Shown one piece after another: positions 1-10,276 of a stretch of DNA of 64,000 bases; the stretch's first letter is position 1; each line of letters opens with the position of its first letter. The stretch covers positions 192,001 through 256,000 of the forward strand of contig CP068257.2 in assembly GCA_009914755.4 (NCBI GenBank), written 5' to 3'. The DNA comes from the human T2T-CHM13v2.0 reference genome, Homo sapiens. The position numbers were made by a program, and so were the translations under genes. The notes beneath the pieces are model-generated. The model did no database searches. It had not been told where the DNA came from and saw only the letters and a program-made list of their open reading frames with translations.

Positions 1-461
1 CCTCCGTTTCAGAGATTTACTCACCTTTTTCTCTCTCACTATGTCTGCCGTGGTCTCCATAAGAGTGTGCCACATACAATTGCCCCATTAAAAGTCATGA
101 ATTGAGTGGATTTTAGTATACCTGTGGTTGGGCACATTCAATTTTAATTCGCAATCCATTTTAGAAGGTTTTATCACCCCCGACCAGAGAAACACCCTGT
201 GGACATTAGTCACTCCTCATTCTGTCTCAAACCCTCTCCCTGACCCTCAGCCCTAGGTAACAACTGCATAGAGCGATCAACCCCATATGCATAGATTTTC
301 ATATTGTGGACATTTCCTATAAACGGAATTTCACAATAAGTGAGCTTTTGTGACTGACATAACACTTTTAGCACAATATTTTCAAGATTCATCCACATTG
401 CAGCTTTACCCACAGGGGGAAACCGCATTTTCTGGTTTCAGTAACACCGGGTGTTTTCTCC

Positions 462-545
462 TTCCTTCCGTCTTTCCTTCCTTCCTTCCTTCCTTCCTTC
501 CTTCCTTCCTTCCTTCCTTCCTTCCTCCCTTCCTCCCATTTCTCT
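462..545. repeat. (TTCC)n microsatellite. It is present in every unit, also at 7598-7672, 16455-16552, 23455-23550 and 30290-30480. The 30290-30480 copy is longer and degenerate.
   Basis: Direct read of a ttccttccttcc... run. It is a polypurine/polypyrimidine mirror repeat. Confidence 0.95.
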
Positions 546-1310
546 CTTATTCCTTCTGCCCTCTCTCTTTCATATGCCTTAGGTGCATCCTACGTCCTGC
601 GTCTTTTTGGGGAATCCTCGACAGGTGCTGGAAAATTGTGTTATTGTAATTATTTACCGGTATCTCTCTTTCATGGTTCTCCATCAGTTGTAAGCATCTA
701 TTGGTTTATCCCAGGTCACTAAGTATATTTTAATTAGCTACACCTGTTTTTCTTTATACACCTGTTTCTGGAGTATAGGGTCGCATACTCATAAACCCAG
801 TGTAACTCAGAAACGCATCTAATATTCCAATAGACCCATCATAACGTTGAAAAATCATAAATCAAACCAACTTAAGTCACGATTTGTCGCTGGATATGGG
901 CTCCATCAATTCCATTGTATTCAATAATGCTGTACACCATTAACAATGGCAGACTGATTGGGCGTGGATGTGGATAACATTATAAAAATCAGTTATTAGA
1001 GGGATACTTTAACCTGACGGAAGAGCTGATCTAATGGTATTAGTACAGTGATGATTATGTGAGATGTTTTGAGACAGAGTAGTACATTTGTGTATGAGAT
1101 TCTGTGGCTTTTTTCACTTAGTAGGAACCTTTGTGTGTGGAAAACTGAGAAAATTGCTTTGTGCTGTAGAGTCTGGCATTCGTTGTAGATTAAAGCTTAT
1201 TTTTCTGGAAGTAAATCTTATTCAATAAAATACTACTCTTTATAATAAAAAACAAAGACACTGGTGATGTGAAGTCATTATCCTCAGCAAACTAATCCAG
1301 GAACAGAAAA

Positions 1311-1600
1311 CCAAACGCCACATTCTCACTTATAATGGGAGCTGAAAAATAGGATCATGTGGACACAGGAAGGGGAACAACACACACTGGGGCCTTTCGG
1401 GAGGCAGAGCGTTAAGAAAAACAGCTACCGCATGCTGGGCTTAATACCTAGGTGATGGGTTGACAGGTGCAGCAAACCACCGTGGCACACGTTTACCATA
1501 GTAACAAATCTGCACAGCCTGCCCATATATTGCAGAACTTAGAAACGAAACGAAAGCAAAGAAAACGAGAAAGCGATAGCAAAACGCTAACTGCGAAACA
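1311..1600 (+). mobile_element. L1 3'-UTR end fragment plus an A-rich tail remnant, embedded in each macrosatellite unit. Further copies are at about 8447-8736, 17315-17600, 24318-24605 and 31256-31545.
   Basis: The stretch ccacattctcacttataatgggagctgaaa...ggacacaggaaggggaacaacacacactgggg...taatacctaggtgatgggttgacaggtgcagcaaaccaccgtggcacacgtttacc matches the canonical L1 3' end. It is followed by gaaacgaaacgaaagcaaagaaaacgag. Confidence 0.8.
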
Positions 1601-2744
1601 GAGTTTCAAACTCAGAAAGTGAGAGACCAATGTTTGGTTCAAATCATGGTTCTCAACCCAGGTGCCATAAGGTCAGGATAAAGAATTTGATGACGTATTG
1701 TAAATAAGACATGCAGCGGAGGACCAGAAAAATCGTTCTCAACATACGTGTGGCTTCGAGTTCAACGGTGACGCTATCTACAGTGACATAGCATTAGATT
1801 CCAAAGGGCCGAGTCCCGCAAGACTGGCCTCCCACACTAATAATAATGGGAAGCGCTACGTTGCTTTACCTGTGCTTCTCAGCAACTGGCTATAAATCAG
1901 GTTTCCACCACTCCCAGTTTTAGTTGCATTCATTTGCTGGAAGAGCTCACAGCACGCAGGGAAACACTGACATTTCCCATTTTTTGTATTTTAGCAGATA
2001 TTGCAAAAACTTCAGAAAAAACTTTTGGGCCCAGCATGTGGGGAGGGGCTCACTGCCTTCCAGGAAGTGTTATCCAGAAGCTCTCTAAACCCAGATCTTT
2101 TGGGTTTTTATGGAGACCTCATTCTATAGGCATGATGGGTTAAACCATAGGCTATTGGTGATCAACTCAACCTGGGGCTCTCAACCCTCCCTGGAAATTG
2201 CGGTTGAGGCCTTGCCATTCTCAGTCTGAGTAAAAGAATTTACGCAAACGGAATTTTAAAACAGATTAGCATATCTGGAAACTTAACTAGATGACGGAAT
2301 TATCTGGAGCCACACCTTGATATTCCTAACCCGAGCACCCTCATCCAACGAATGCTCCACCCAACTGGCTCCCAAGTCTCTACGGGGTTCCAGAGCAAAA
2401 GAATGTTTATACAACGCATATCTCCACCTTTTCTTCAAAGTCTTTTCGCTTACACGGAAAGACTTCTTCAACTGCCATTCATCAGGGTCAGGGGGAGGTC
2501 TTGTTACAACACAGATCTGCGGATCTCCGGGGTTTGATTGTGGCAAGGATGCTGCTGGTGTCAAAACCACAACGTGGGAACCACAGAACCACTAGTTGGT
2601 TTTCAGTGTTTCAGTGCATACAATTCCTAATATATCTGGCCAAGAAAACTTGTAAGTTCTTAGATTGTCCGAAAGGTGGCGCATGAAATCAAATCAGGAG
2701 AACAGTTTCCTACGAGGTGTAGCCTGGGAACCTTGGGGGTGACT

Positions 2745-2850
2745 GATGGAAAGGAGGAGTGAAGCTCCGCCCTTTCCGCTGCGAGGCTGCGCCCGAGGCT
2801 ATTTAAACCCACCCTGGCTGGCCTGTACTCAGATCTTCGCAGAGCGGAGC
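2745..2850 (+). promoter_or_regulatory. Putative Pol II core promoter of unit 1. It has a GC box (ccgccc at about 2768), a TATTTAAA box at 2800-2807, and a CpG-rich stretch.
   Basis: The sequence ggctatttaaaccc sits about 350 bp upstream of the ORF ATG. There are about 15 CpGs in 180 bp, and a candidate initiator near ctcagatcttcgc at about 2835. Confidence 0.35.
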
Positions 2851-3022
2851 AGCGGCCGGAGCGTTTGGCGGACTCTGCGTGGACTTGGAGCTCACAGCGT
2901 CTTGCGACTTGGAAGCGGATTCAGAGGACAGGACAGAACACTTGGGCAAGTGAATCTCTGTCTGTCTGTCTGTCTCATTGGTTGGTTTATTTCCATTTTC
3001 TTAAGGAGCACATACCTCACAC

Positions 3023-3090
3023 CACACACACACAAACACACACACACACACGCACGCACTCACGCACACACACACGCACACACACACACT
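3023..3090. repeat. (CA)n/(CACGCA)n microsatellite in the putative 5' UTR. (GTCT)5 precedes it at 2958-2977. Both repeat in every unit, also at 10150-10215, 19025-19095 and 26030-26095.
   Basis: Direct read of cacacacacaaacacacacacacacgcacgca... Confidence 0.95.
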
Positions 3091-3150
3091 AATTCATTCT
3101 GCGGGTTAGGAAATTAGTAGGGGTCTCTGGGAGCTGCAGGTTTCCTAATC

Positions 3151-6100
3151 ATGTCTGCACCTAAGAACACTAGGGTCTTGTCTGGCTCTTCTTATGAACG
3201 GTCCCCCAGCCCGGACTCCCCAAGATCCATGCTAGCCTCACCCAGCTTCTCCCTCTCCCCTCTCAGAAACTCAGACTTAAGAGGAAGCTCCTCACCAGGG
3301 ATCCGGAGCTACCATTCACCATCCCCTAGGGCTTCACCACACTCACCTCTGTCATCACCAGTATCCCACAATCTCCCATTTCCCTGTCCTATCCGTGATG
3401 GACAATCCATGAAGCCATTGGGCTCTCCCGTGTCCTCCTCTGAGGATTCTACAGAGTCACCACGTTCATCAGTAATATACCACATGTTCCTACTGCCATC
3501 ACCCAGCAGCTCACCCCCAGCTCTCTGGGAGTCTCCTGGGTCTCCCAGCTACTCTCCAAACAACCCCAGATTTCAGCTGGAGTCAGCCCCCCACACCCAG
3601 GAATCACCTGCAAACTCACGAGCCTCACGGTGCTCCTCCCCTATGTCTTTCATCTCTTCACCCCCAGGCCTCAGGGACTCTCCTGTGGCTCCCAGTTACT
3701 CTCAAGCCATCCCCATGTTCCTGCGGGAGTCAGCCCCATGCACTCAGGAGTCCCCCAGAGACTCACAGGTCTCGGGAGAATATGAGCGCTCCCCCAGCCC
3801 TGACTCCTCAAGATTCATGCCTGCCTCACCCAGCATCTACCTCTCCCCTCCCAGGAACTCAGACCCAAGGGGCAGCTCCTCACAAGGGATGTGGAAGTAC
3901 TCTACATCATCCCGCAGGGCTTCACCACTCTCACATCCGTCATCGGCAGAATTCCACAACTTTACATTTCCCTTTCCTAACCAAGCAGGACAATCACTCA
4001 TGTCATTGTGTTCTCCCGTGTCCTCCTCTGGAGATTCCTCACAGTCACCCCATTCATCAATAATATACCATGTGTTCTTACTGCCATCATCCAGCAGCTC
4101 ACCCCCAGCCACCAATGACTCTCCTGTCTGTCCCAGCTACTCTCCAACTACGCCCAGATTTCAGCGGGCGTCGGTATCCAACACCCCAGAAACACCTACA
4201 AACTCACAGACCTCAGTGAGATCCTCGCCAGTCTCTCTCACGTCTTCACCCCCAGGCCTTACGGACCCTCCAGTCTCTCCCAGCTACTATCCAACCACGC
4301 GCACATTTCAGCGCGGGTCAGATCCAGGAACCCAGGGATCACCAGCAAGCCCACCACTTTCACTGTGTTACTCCCCAGTCTCAAGCACGTCTTTATCTCC
4401 AACCCTCAGGGACTCTCCTGTCTGTCCCAGCTATTCTCCAACCACGCCCACGTTTCAGCGGGAGTCCGTTGCAGGCACCCAGCAATCACCACCAAACTCA
4501 CCAATTTCACTCAATTACTCTCCAGTCTCTCTCATGTCTTCACCAGCCCTCAGGGACTCTCCCATTTGTCCCAGCTACTCTCCAACCACGCCCAGATTTC
4601 AGCTGGAAGCAGTTCCTTGCACCCAGGAATCACCACCAAACTCACCAATTTCACTCAATTACTCCCCAGTCTCTCTCATGTCTTCACCATCCCTCAGGGA
4701 CTCTCCCGTCTGTCTCAGCTACTCTCCAACCACGCCCACATTTCAGCTGGAGTACCTTCGAGGCACCCCGGAGTCACCACCAAACTCACCAATTTCACTC
4801 AATTACTCTCCAGTCTCTCTCATGTCTCCACCAGCCCTCAGGGACTCTCCCGACTGTCCCAGCTACTCCCCAACAACGCCCAGATTTCAGCTGGAAGCAG
4901 TTCCTTGCTCCCCAGAATCAACACCAAACTCACCAATTTCACTCAATTACTCTCCAGTCTCTCTCATGTCTTCACCAGCCATCAGGGACTCTCCTGTCTG
5001 TCCCAGCTACTCTACAACCACGCCCACATTTCAGCTGGAGTCCGTTCGAGACACCCCGGAGTCACCACCAAACTCACCAATTTCACTCAATTACACTCCA
5101 GTCTCTCTCATGTCTTCACCAGCCATCAGGGACTCTCCCGTCTGTCCCAGCTACTCTCCAAAGACGCCCACATTTCAGCTGGAGTCTGTTCCAGGCACCC
5201 TGGAGTCACCACCAAACTCACCAATTTCACTCAATTACTCTCCAGTCTCTCTCATGTCTTCACCAGCCCTCAGGGACCCTCCTGTCTGTCCCAGCTACTC
5301 TCCAACCACCCCCAGATTTCAGCTGGAGTCAGTTCCAGGCACCCCGGAGTCACCACCAAACTCACCAGTTTCACTGAGTTACTCCCCGGTCTCTCTCATG
5401 TCTTCACCGCCAGCCCTCAGGGACTCTCCTGTGTGTCCCAGCTACTCTCCAACCACGCCCACATTTCAGCTGGAGTCAGTTCCAGGCACCCCGGAGTCAC
5501 CACCAAACTCACCAATTTCACTCAATTACTCTCCAGTCTCTCTCATGTCTTCACCAGCCCTCAGCGACTCTCCTGTCTGTCCCAGCTACTCTCCAACCAC
5601 GCCCAGATTTCAGCTGGAAGCAGTTCCTTGCACCCCAGAATCACCTCCAAACTCACCAATTTCACTCAATTACTCTCTAGTCTCTCTCATGTCTTCACCA
5701 GTCCTCAGGGACCCTCCTGTCTGTCCCAGCTACTCTCCATCCACCCCCAGATTTCAGTTGGAGTCAGTTCCAGGCACCGCGGAGTCACCACCAAACTCAC
5801 CAGTTTCACTGAGTTACTCCCCGTTCTCTCTCATGTCTTCACCGCCAGCCCTCAGGGACTCTCCTGTTTGTCCCCGCTACTCTCCAACCACGCCCACATT
5901 CCAGCTGGAGTCACTTGCAGGCACCCAGGAATTACCTACAAACTCAGCAGTTTCACTGAGTTACTCCCCAGTCTCTCTCATGTCTTCACCCCCAGCCCCC
6001 TGGGACTCTCCTGTCTGTCCCAGCTCCTCTCCCACCACGCCCAGATTTCAGAGGGAGTCAGCCTCCCACACTCCGGAATCACCTACAGACTCACAGACTT

Positions 6101-6996
6101 CACGGAGGTCCTCCCTGGTCTCTCTCAGGTCTTTGCCCTCAGCCCACAGGGACTCTTGTGTCTCTTTCAGCTACTCTCGAAACTTCTCTAGATTCCAGCT
6201 GGACTCAGTTCCAGGCACCCACGACACACCACCAAACTCACGAATTTCACTGACTTACTCCCCAGTCTCTCTCATGTTCTCACCCCCAGCCCTCAGGGAC
6301 TCTTCTGTCTCTCTCAGCTACTCTCCAGCCATCTCCACATCACACCTGGGGTCAGCTCCCCACACCCAGGAATCACCTACAAACTCACGGACCTTACTGC
6401 AACCCTCCCCCATTTCTTTCACCTCTTCAACCCCTGCTTTCAGGGACTCTCCTGTGTCTCCCAGCTTCTCTCCAGCCTTCCCCAGATTTCTGCCACAGTC
6501 AGCCCCAGGCACCCAGGGTTACCCTGGACACTCACAGGCCTCACGAGACTATTTCCCAATGACTTGTATCTATAGAGGGATGGCTCCCATACTTCCCTCG
6601 GTGACCTCAAACCCATCTCCACTTACACTCAGACACTCCCAGGGCCTGACAGCTACTCCCCGTTATTGTCCTTCAGCTCGAAGCCCTGACCCATCTACTA
6701 GCCAACATGATGCAGCTACCTGGCCATGTCTCCACATTTCTGGGGAGGGCCCCACACCCAGCCGCAGAAGAGCCCCTCCTGCATTCCGTCCTCACACACA
6801 GGCCTGTCCATCCACTTGCTACTGTCACACTCTTGCCAGCAGAGGAGGCCCCTGTAATGGCCGATATCACCGCCCAGTCTATCCTCACCCCACAGCTGTG
6901 CAGCGGGACCCTCCTGCTGGCCCACGTGGCTGCCACAGCCCATGCTGGCACGACGCTCCAGCATGTCGGCGTCCCTGCGGGCCACGCTACCGCTGA
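3151..6996 (+). CDS. Candidate intronless ORF of 1281 aa. It is a Ser/Pro-rich low-complexity protein made of 48-aa repeats, with a C-terminal Cys/His/Arg/Pro-rich tail. Function is unknown.
   Basis: The reading frame is continuous for 3846 nt, including about 1.3 kb upstream and 0.9 kb downstream of the minisatellite. ATG lies about 315 nt downstream of a TATA-like box, and ATTAAA lies 227 nt past the stop. Caveat: the CT-rich sequence is intrinsically poor in stop codons, so long ORFs also appear in other frames. Confidence 0.4.
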   Translation: MSAPKNTRVLSGSSYERSPSPDSPRSMLASPSFSLSPLRNSDLRGSSSPGIRSYHSPSPRASPHSPLSSPVSHNLPFPCPIRDGQSMKPLGSPVSSSEDSTESPRSSVIYHMFLLPSPSSSPPALWESPGSPSYSPNNPRFQLESAPHTQESPANSRASRCSSPMSFISSPPGLRDSPVAPSYSQAIPMFLRESAPCTQESPRDSQVSGEYERSPSPDSSRFMPASPSIYLSPPRNSDPRGSSSQGMWKYSTSSRRASPLSHPSSAEFHNFTFPFPNQAGQSLMSLCSPVSSSGDSSQSPHSSIIYHVFLLPSSSSSPPATNDSPVCPSYSPTTPRFQRASVSNTPETPTNSQTSVRSSPVSLTSSPPGLTDPPVSPSYYPTTRTFQRGSDPGTQGSPASPPLSLCYSPVSSTSLSPTLRDSPVCPSYSPTTPTFQRESVAGTQQSPPNSPISLNYSPVSLMSSPALRDSPICPSYSPTTPRFQLEAVPCTQESPPNSPISLNYSPVSLMSSPSLRDSPVCLSYSPTTPTFQLEYLRGTPESPPNSPISLNYSPVSLMSPPALRDSPDCPSYSPTTPRFQLEAVPCSPESTPNSPISLNYSPVSLMSSPAIRDSPVCPSYSTTTPTFQLESVRDTPESPPNSPISLNYTPVSLMSSPAIRDSPVCPSYSPKTPTFQLESVPGTLESPPNSPISLNYSPVSLMSSPALRDPPVCPSYSPTTPRFQLESVPGTPESPPNSPVSLSYSPVSLMSSPPALRDSPVCPSYSPTTPTFQLESVPGTPESPPNSPISLNYSPVSLMSSPALSDSPVCPSYSPTTPRFQLEAVPCTPESPPNSPISLNYSLVSLMSSPVLRDPPVCPSYSPSTPRFQLESVPGTAESPPNSPVSLSYSPFSLMSSPPALRDSPVCPRYSPTTPTFQLESLAGTQELPTNSAVSLSYSPVSLMSSPPAPWDSPVCPSSSPTTPRFQRESASHTPESPTDSQTSRRSSLVSLRSLPSAHRDSCVSFSYSRNFSRFQLDSVPGTHDTPPNSRISLTYSPVSLMFSPPALRDSSVSLSYSPAISTSHLGSAPHTQESPTNSRTLLQPSPISFTSSTPAFRDSPVSPSFSPAFPRFLPQSAPGTQGYPGHSQASRDYFPMTCIYRGMAPILPSVTSNPSPLTLRHSQGLTATPRYCPSARSPDPSTSQHDAATWPCLHISGEGPTPSRRRAPPAFRPHTQACPSTCYCHTLASRGGPCNGRYHRPVYPHPTAVQRDPPAGPRGCHSPCWHDAPACRRPCGPRYR
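4487..6078 (+). repeat. 144-bp (48-codon) minisatellite inside the unit-1 ORF. It has about 11 well-conserved copies, flanked by more degenerate copies on both sides.
   Basis: caccaccaaactcacc recurs at 4487, 4631 and so on with a 144-bp period. The encoded motif is SPPNSPISLNYSPVSLMSSPALRDSPVCPSYSPTTPRFQLESVPGTPE. Confidence 0.95.
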
Positions 6997-7222
6997 CATG
7001 GCTAGCATCACCCTCCTTCCTGGCAGTGACACTGCTGATTTGAACCCCAGTTTCACAGCTGTCATTTGTAAATAGGACCATTTTCCCTTTTCTCTCTCCC
7101 TTCCATTCACAGGGCTTCTCATTCCCTCTGTTTCTGCCTCCGTTTCAGAGATTTACTCACCTTTTTCTCTCTCACTATGTCTGCCGTGGTCTCCATAAGA
7201 GTGTGCCACATACAATTGCCCC

Positions 7223-7228
7223 ATTAAA
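7223..7228 (+). promoter_or_regulatory. Candidate polyadenylation signal ATTAAA for the unit-1 ORF, 227 nt past the stop. The equivalent hexamers are at 87-92, 16082-16087, 23082-23087 and 29935-29940.
   Basis: ATTAAA is followed within 30 nt by a GT-rich stretch, tgtggttg. Confidence 0.3.
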
Positions 7229-9872
7229 AGTCATGAATTGAGTGGATTTTAGTATACCTGTGGTTGGGCACATTCAATTTTAATTCGCAATCCATTTTAG
7301 AAGGTTTTATCACCCCCGACCAGAGAAACACCCTGTGGATATTAGTCACTCCTCATTCTGTCTCAAACCCTCTCCCTGACCCTCAGCCCTAGGTAACAAC
7401 TGCATAGAGCGATCAACCCCATATGCATAGATTTCCATATTGTGGACATTTCCTATAAACGGAATTTCACAATAAGTGAGCTTTTGTGACTGACATAACA
7501 CTTTTAGCACAATATTTTCAAGATTCATCCACATTGCAGCTTTACCCACAGGGGGAAACCGCATTTTCTGGTTTCAGTAACACCGGGTGTTTTCTCCTTC
7601 CTTCCGTCTTTCCTTCCTTCCTTCCTTCCTTCCTTCCTTCCTTCCTTCCTTCCTCCCTTCCTCCCATTTCTCTCTTATTCCTTCTGCCCTCTCTCTTTCA
7701 TATGCCTTAGGTGCATCCTACGTCCTGCGTCTTTTTGGGGAATCCTCGACAGGTGCTGGAAAATTGTGTTATTGTAATTATTTACCGGTATCTCTCTTTC
7801 ATGGTTCTCCATCAGTTGTAAGCATCTATTGGTTTATCCCAGGTCACTAAGTATATTTTAATTAGCTACACCTGTTTTTCTTTATACACCTGTTTCTGGA
7901 GTATAGGGTCGCATACTCATAAACCCAGTGTAACTCAGAAACGCATCTAATATTCCAATAGACCCATCATAACGTTGAAAAATCATAAATCAAACCAACT
8001 TAAGTCACGATTTGGCGCTGGATATGGGCTCCATCAATTCCATTGTATTCAATAATGCTGTACACCATTAACAATGGCAGACTGATTGGGCGTGGATGTG
8101 GATAACATTATAAAAATCAGTTATTAGAGGGATACTTTAACCTGACGGAAGAGCTGATCTAATGGTATTAGTACAGTGATGATTATGTGAGATGTTTTGA
8201 GACAGAGTAGTACATTTGTGTATGAGATTCTGTGGCTTTTTTCACTTAGTAGGAACCTTTGTGTGTGGAAAACTGAGAAAATTGCTTTGTGCTGTAGAGT
8301 CTGGCATTCGTTGTAGATTAAAGCTTATTTTTCTGGAAGTAAATCTTATTCAATAAAATACTACTCTTTATAATAAAAAACAAAGACACTGGTGATGTGA
8401 AGTCATTATCCTCAGCAAACTAATCCAGGAACAGAAAACCAAACGCCACATTCTCACTTATAATGGGAGCTGAAAAATAGGATCATGTGGACACAGGAAG
8501 GGGAACAACACACACTGGGGCCTTTCGGGAGGCAGAGCGTTAAGAAAAACAGCTACCGCATGCTGGGCTTAATACCTAGGTGATGGGTTGACAGGTGCAG
8601 CAAACCACCGTGGCACACGTTTACCATAGTAACAAATCTGCACAGCCTGCCCATATATTGCAGAACTTAGAAACGAAACGAAAGCAAAGAAAACGAGAAA
8701 GCGATAGCAAAACGCTAACTGCGAAACAGAGTTTCAAACTCAGAAAGTGAGAGACCAATGTTTGGTTCAAATCATGGTTCTCAACCCAGGTGCCATAAGG
8801 TCAGGATAAAGAATTTGATGACGTATTGTAAATAAGACATGCAGCGGAGGACCAGAAAAATCGTTCTCAACATACGTGTGGCTTCGAGTTCAACGGTGAC
8901 GCTATCTACAGTGACATAGCATTAGATTCCAAAGGGCCGAGTCCCGCAAGACTGGCCTCCCACACTAATAATAATGGGAAGCGCTACGTTGCTTTACCTG
9001 TGCTTCTCAGCAACTGGCTATAAATCAGGTTTCCACCACTCCCAGTTTTAGTTGCATTCATTTGCTGGAAGAGCTCACAGCACGCAGGGAAACACTGACA
9101 TTTCCCATTTTTTGTATTTTAGCAGATATTGCAAAAACTTCAGAAAAAACTTTTGGGCCCAGCATGTGGGGAGGGGCTCACTGCCTTCCAGGAAGTGTTA
9201 TCCAGAAGCTCTCTAAACCCAGATCTTTTGGGTTTTTATGGAGACCTCATTCTATAGGCATGATGGGTTAAACCATAGGCTATTGGTGATCAACTCAACC
9301 TGGGGCTCTCAACCCTCCCTGGAAATTGCGGTTGAGGCCTTGCCATTCTCAGTCTGAGTAAAAGAATTTACGCAAACGGAATTTTAAAACAGATTAGCAT
9401 ATCTGGAAACTTAACTAGATGACGGAATTATCTGGAGCCACACCTTGATATTCCTAACCCGAGCACCCTCATCCAACGAATGCTCCACCCAACTGGCTCC
9501 CAAGTCTCTACGGGGTTCCAGAGCAAAAGAATGTTTATACAACGCATATCTCCACCTTTTCTTCAAAGTCTTTTCGCTTACACGGAAAGACTTCTTCAAC
9601 TGCCATGCATCAGGGTCAGGGGGAGGTCTTGTTACAACACAGATCTGCGGATCTCCGGGGTTTGATTGTGGCAAGGATGCTGCTGGTGTCAAAACCACAA
9701 CGTGGGAACCACAGAACCACTAGTTGGTTTTCAGTGTTTCAGTGCATACAATTCCTAATATATCTGGCCAAGAAAACTTGTAAGTTCTTAGATTGTCCCA
9801 AAGGTGGCGCATGAAATCAAATCAGGAGAACAGTTTCCTACGAGGTGTAGCCTGGGAACCTTGGGGGTGACT

Positions 9873-9978
9873 GATGGAAAGGAGGAGTGAAGCTCCGCCC
9901 TTTCCGCTGCGAGGCTGCGCCCGAGGCTATTTAAACCCACCCTGGCTGGCCTGTACTCAGATCTTCGCAGAGCGGAGC
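9873..9978 (+). promoter_or_regulatory. The same putative promoter in unit 2. TATTTAAA is at 9928-9935.
   Basis: Identical sequence to unit 1. Confidence 0.3.
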
Positions 9979-10276
9979 AGCGGCCGGAGCGTTTGGCGGA
10001 CTCTGCGTGGACTTGGAGCTCACAGCGTCTTGCGACTTGGAAGCGGATTCAGAGGACAGGACAGAACACTTGGGCAAGTGAATCTCTGTCTGTCTGTCTG
10101 TCTCATTGGTTGGTTTATTTCCATTTTCTTAAGGAGCACATACCTCACACCACACACACACAAACACACACACACACGCACGCACGCACGCACACACACA
10201 CGCACACACACACACTAATTCATTCTGCGGGTTAGGAAATTAGTAGGGGTCTCTGGGAGCTGCAGGTTTCCTAATC

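Larger units (their letters stand above)
1..7136 (+). repeat. Macrosatellite unit 1 (7136 bp). It holds an intact ORF.
   Basis: Unit boundaries defined by the recurring start motif. Confidence 0.9.

Noticed and set aside
350-649. ORFs of 70-130 aa encoding ...LPSFLPSFLPSF... in every unit, for example 350..649, 7486..7710, 16345..16725, 23427..23729 and 30198..30590.
   Set aside because: They are translations of the (TTCC)n microsatellite and its flanks. They are low-complexity, have no start context and are not conserved beyond the repeat.
2283-2686. A cluster of four mutually overlapping 60-95 aa ORFs on both strands, present in each unit.
   Set aside because: Several frames are open over the same 400 bp, which is typical of a chance stop-poor stretch. 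There are no repeats, motifs or start context.
4365-6191. Alternative-frame ORFs of 300-700 aa inside the 144-bp minisatellite, for example 4365..6191, 4469..5377, 11490..12719, 12897..15050 and 20368..22050.
   Set aside because: The pyrimidine-rich repeat lacks stop codons in all three sense frames. Only one frame extends through the unique flanks and from an ATG near the promoter. The others begin and end inside the repeat.
6673-7122. Minus-strand ORFs of 121-149 aa overlapping the C-terminal part of the main ORF, recurring in every unit.
   Set aside because: This is antisense to the stronger candidate frame, in GC-rich sequence. There is no promoter or polyadenylation context. It is probably an open-frame artefact.
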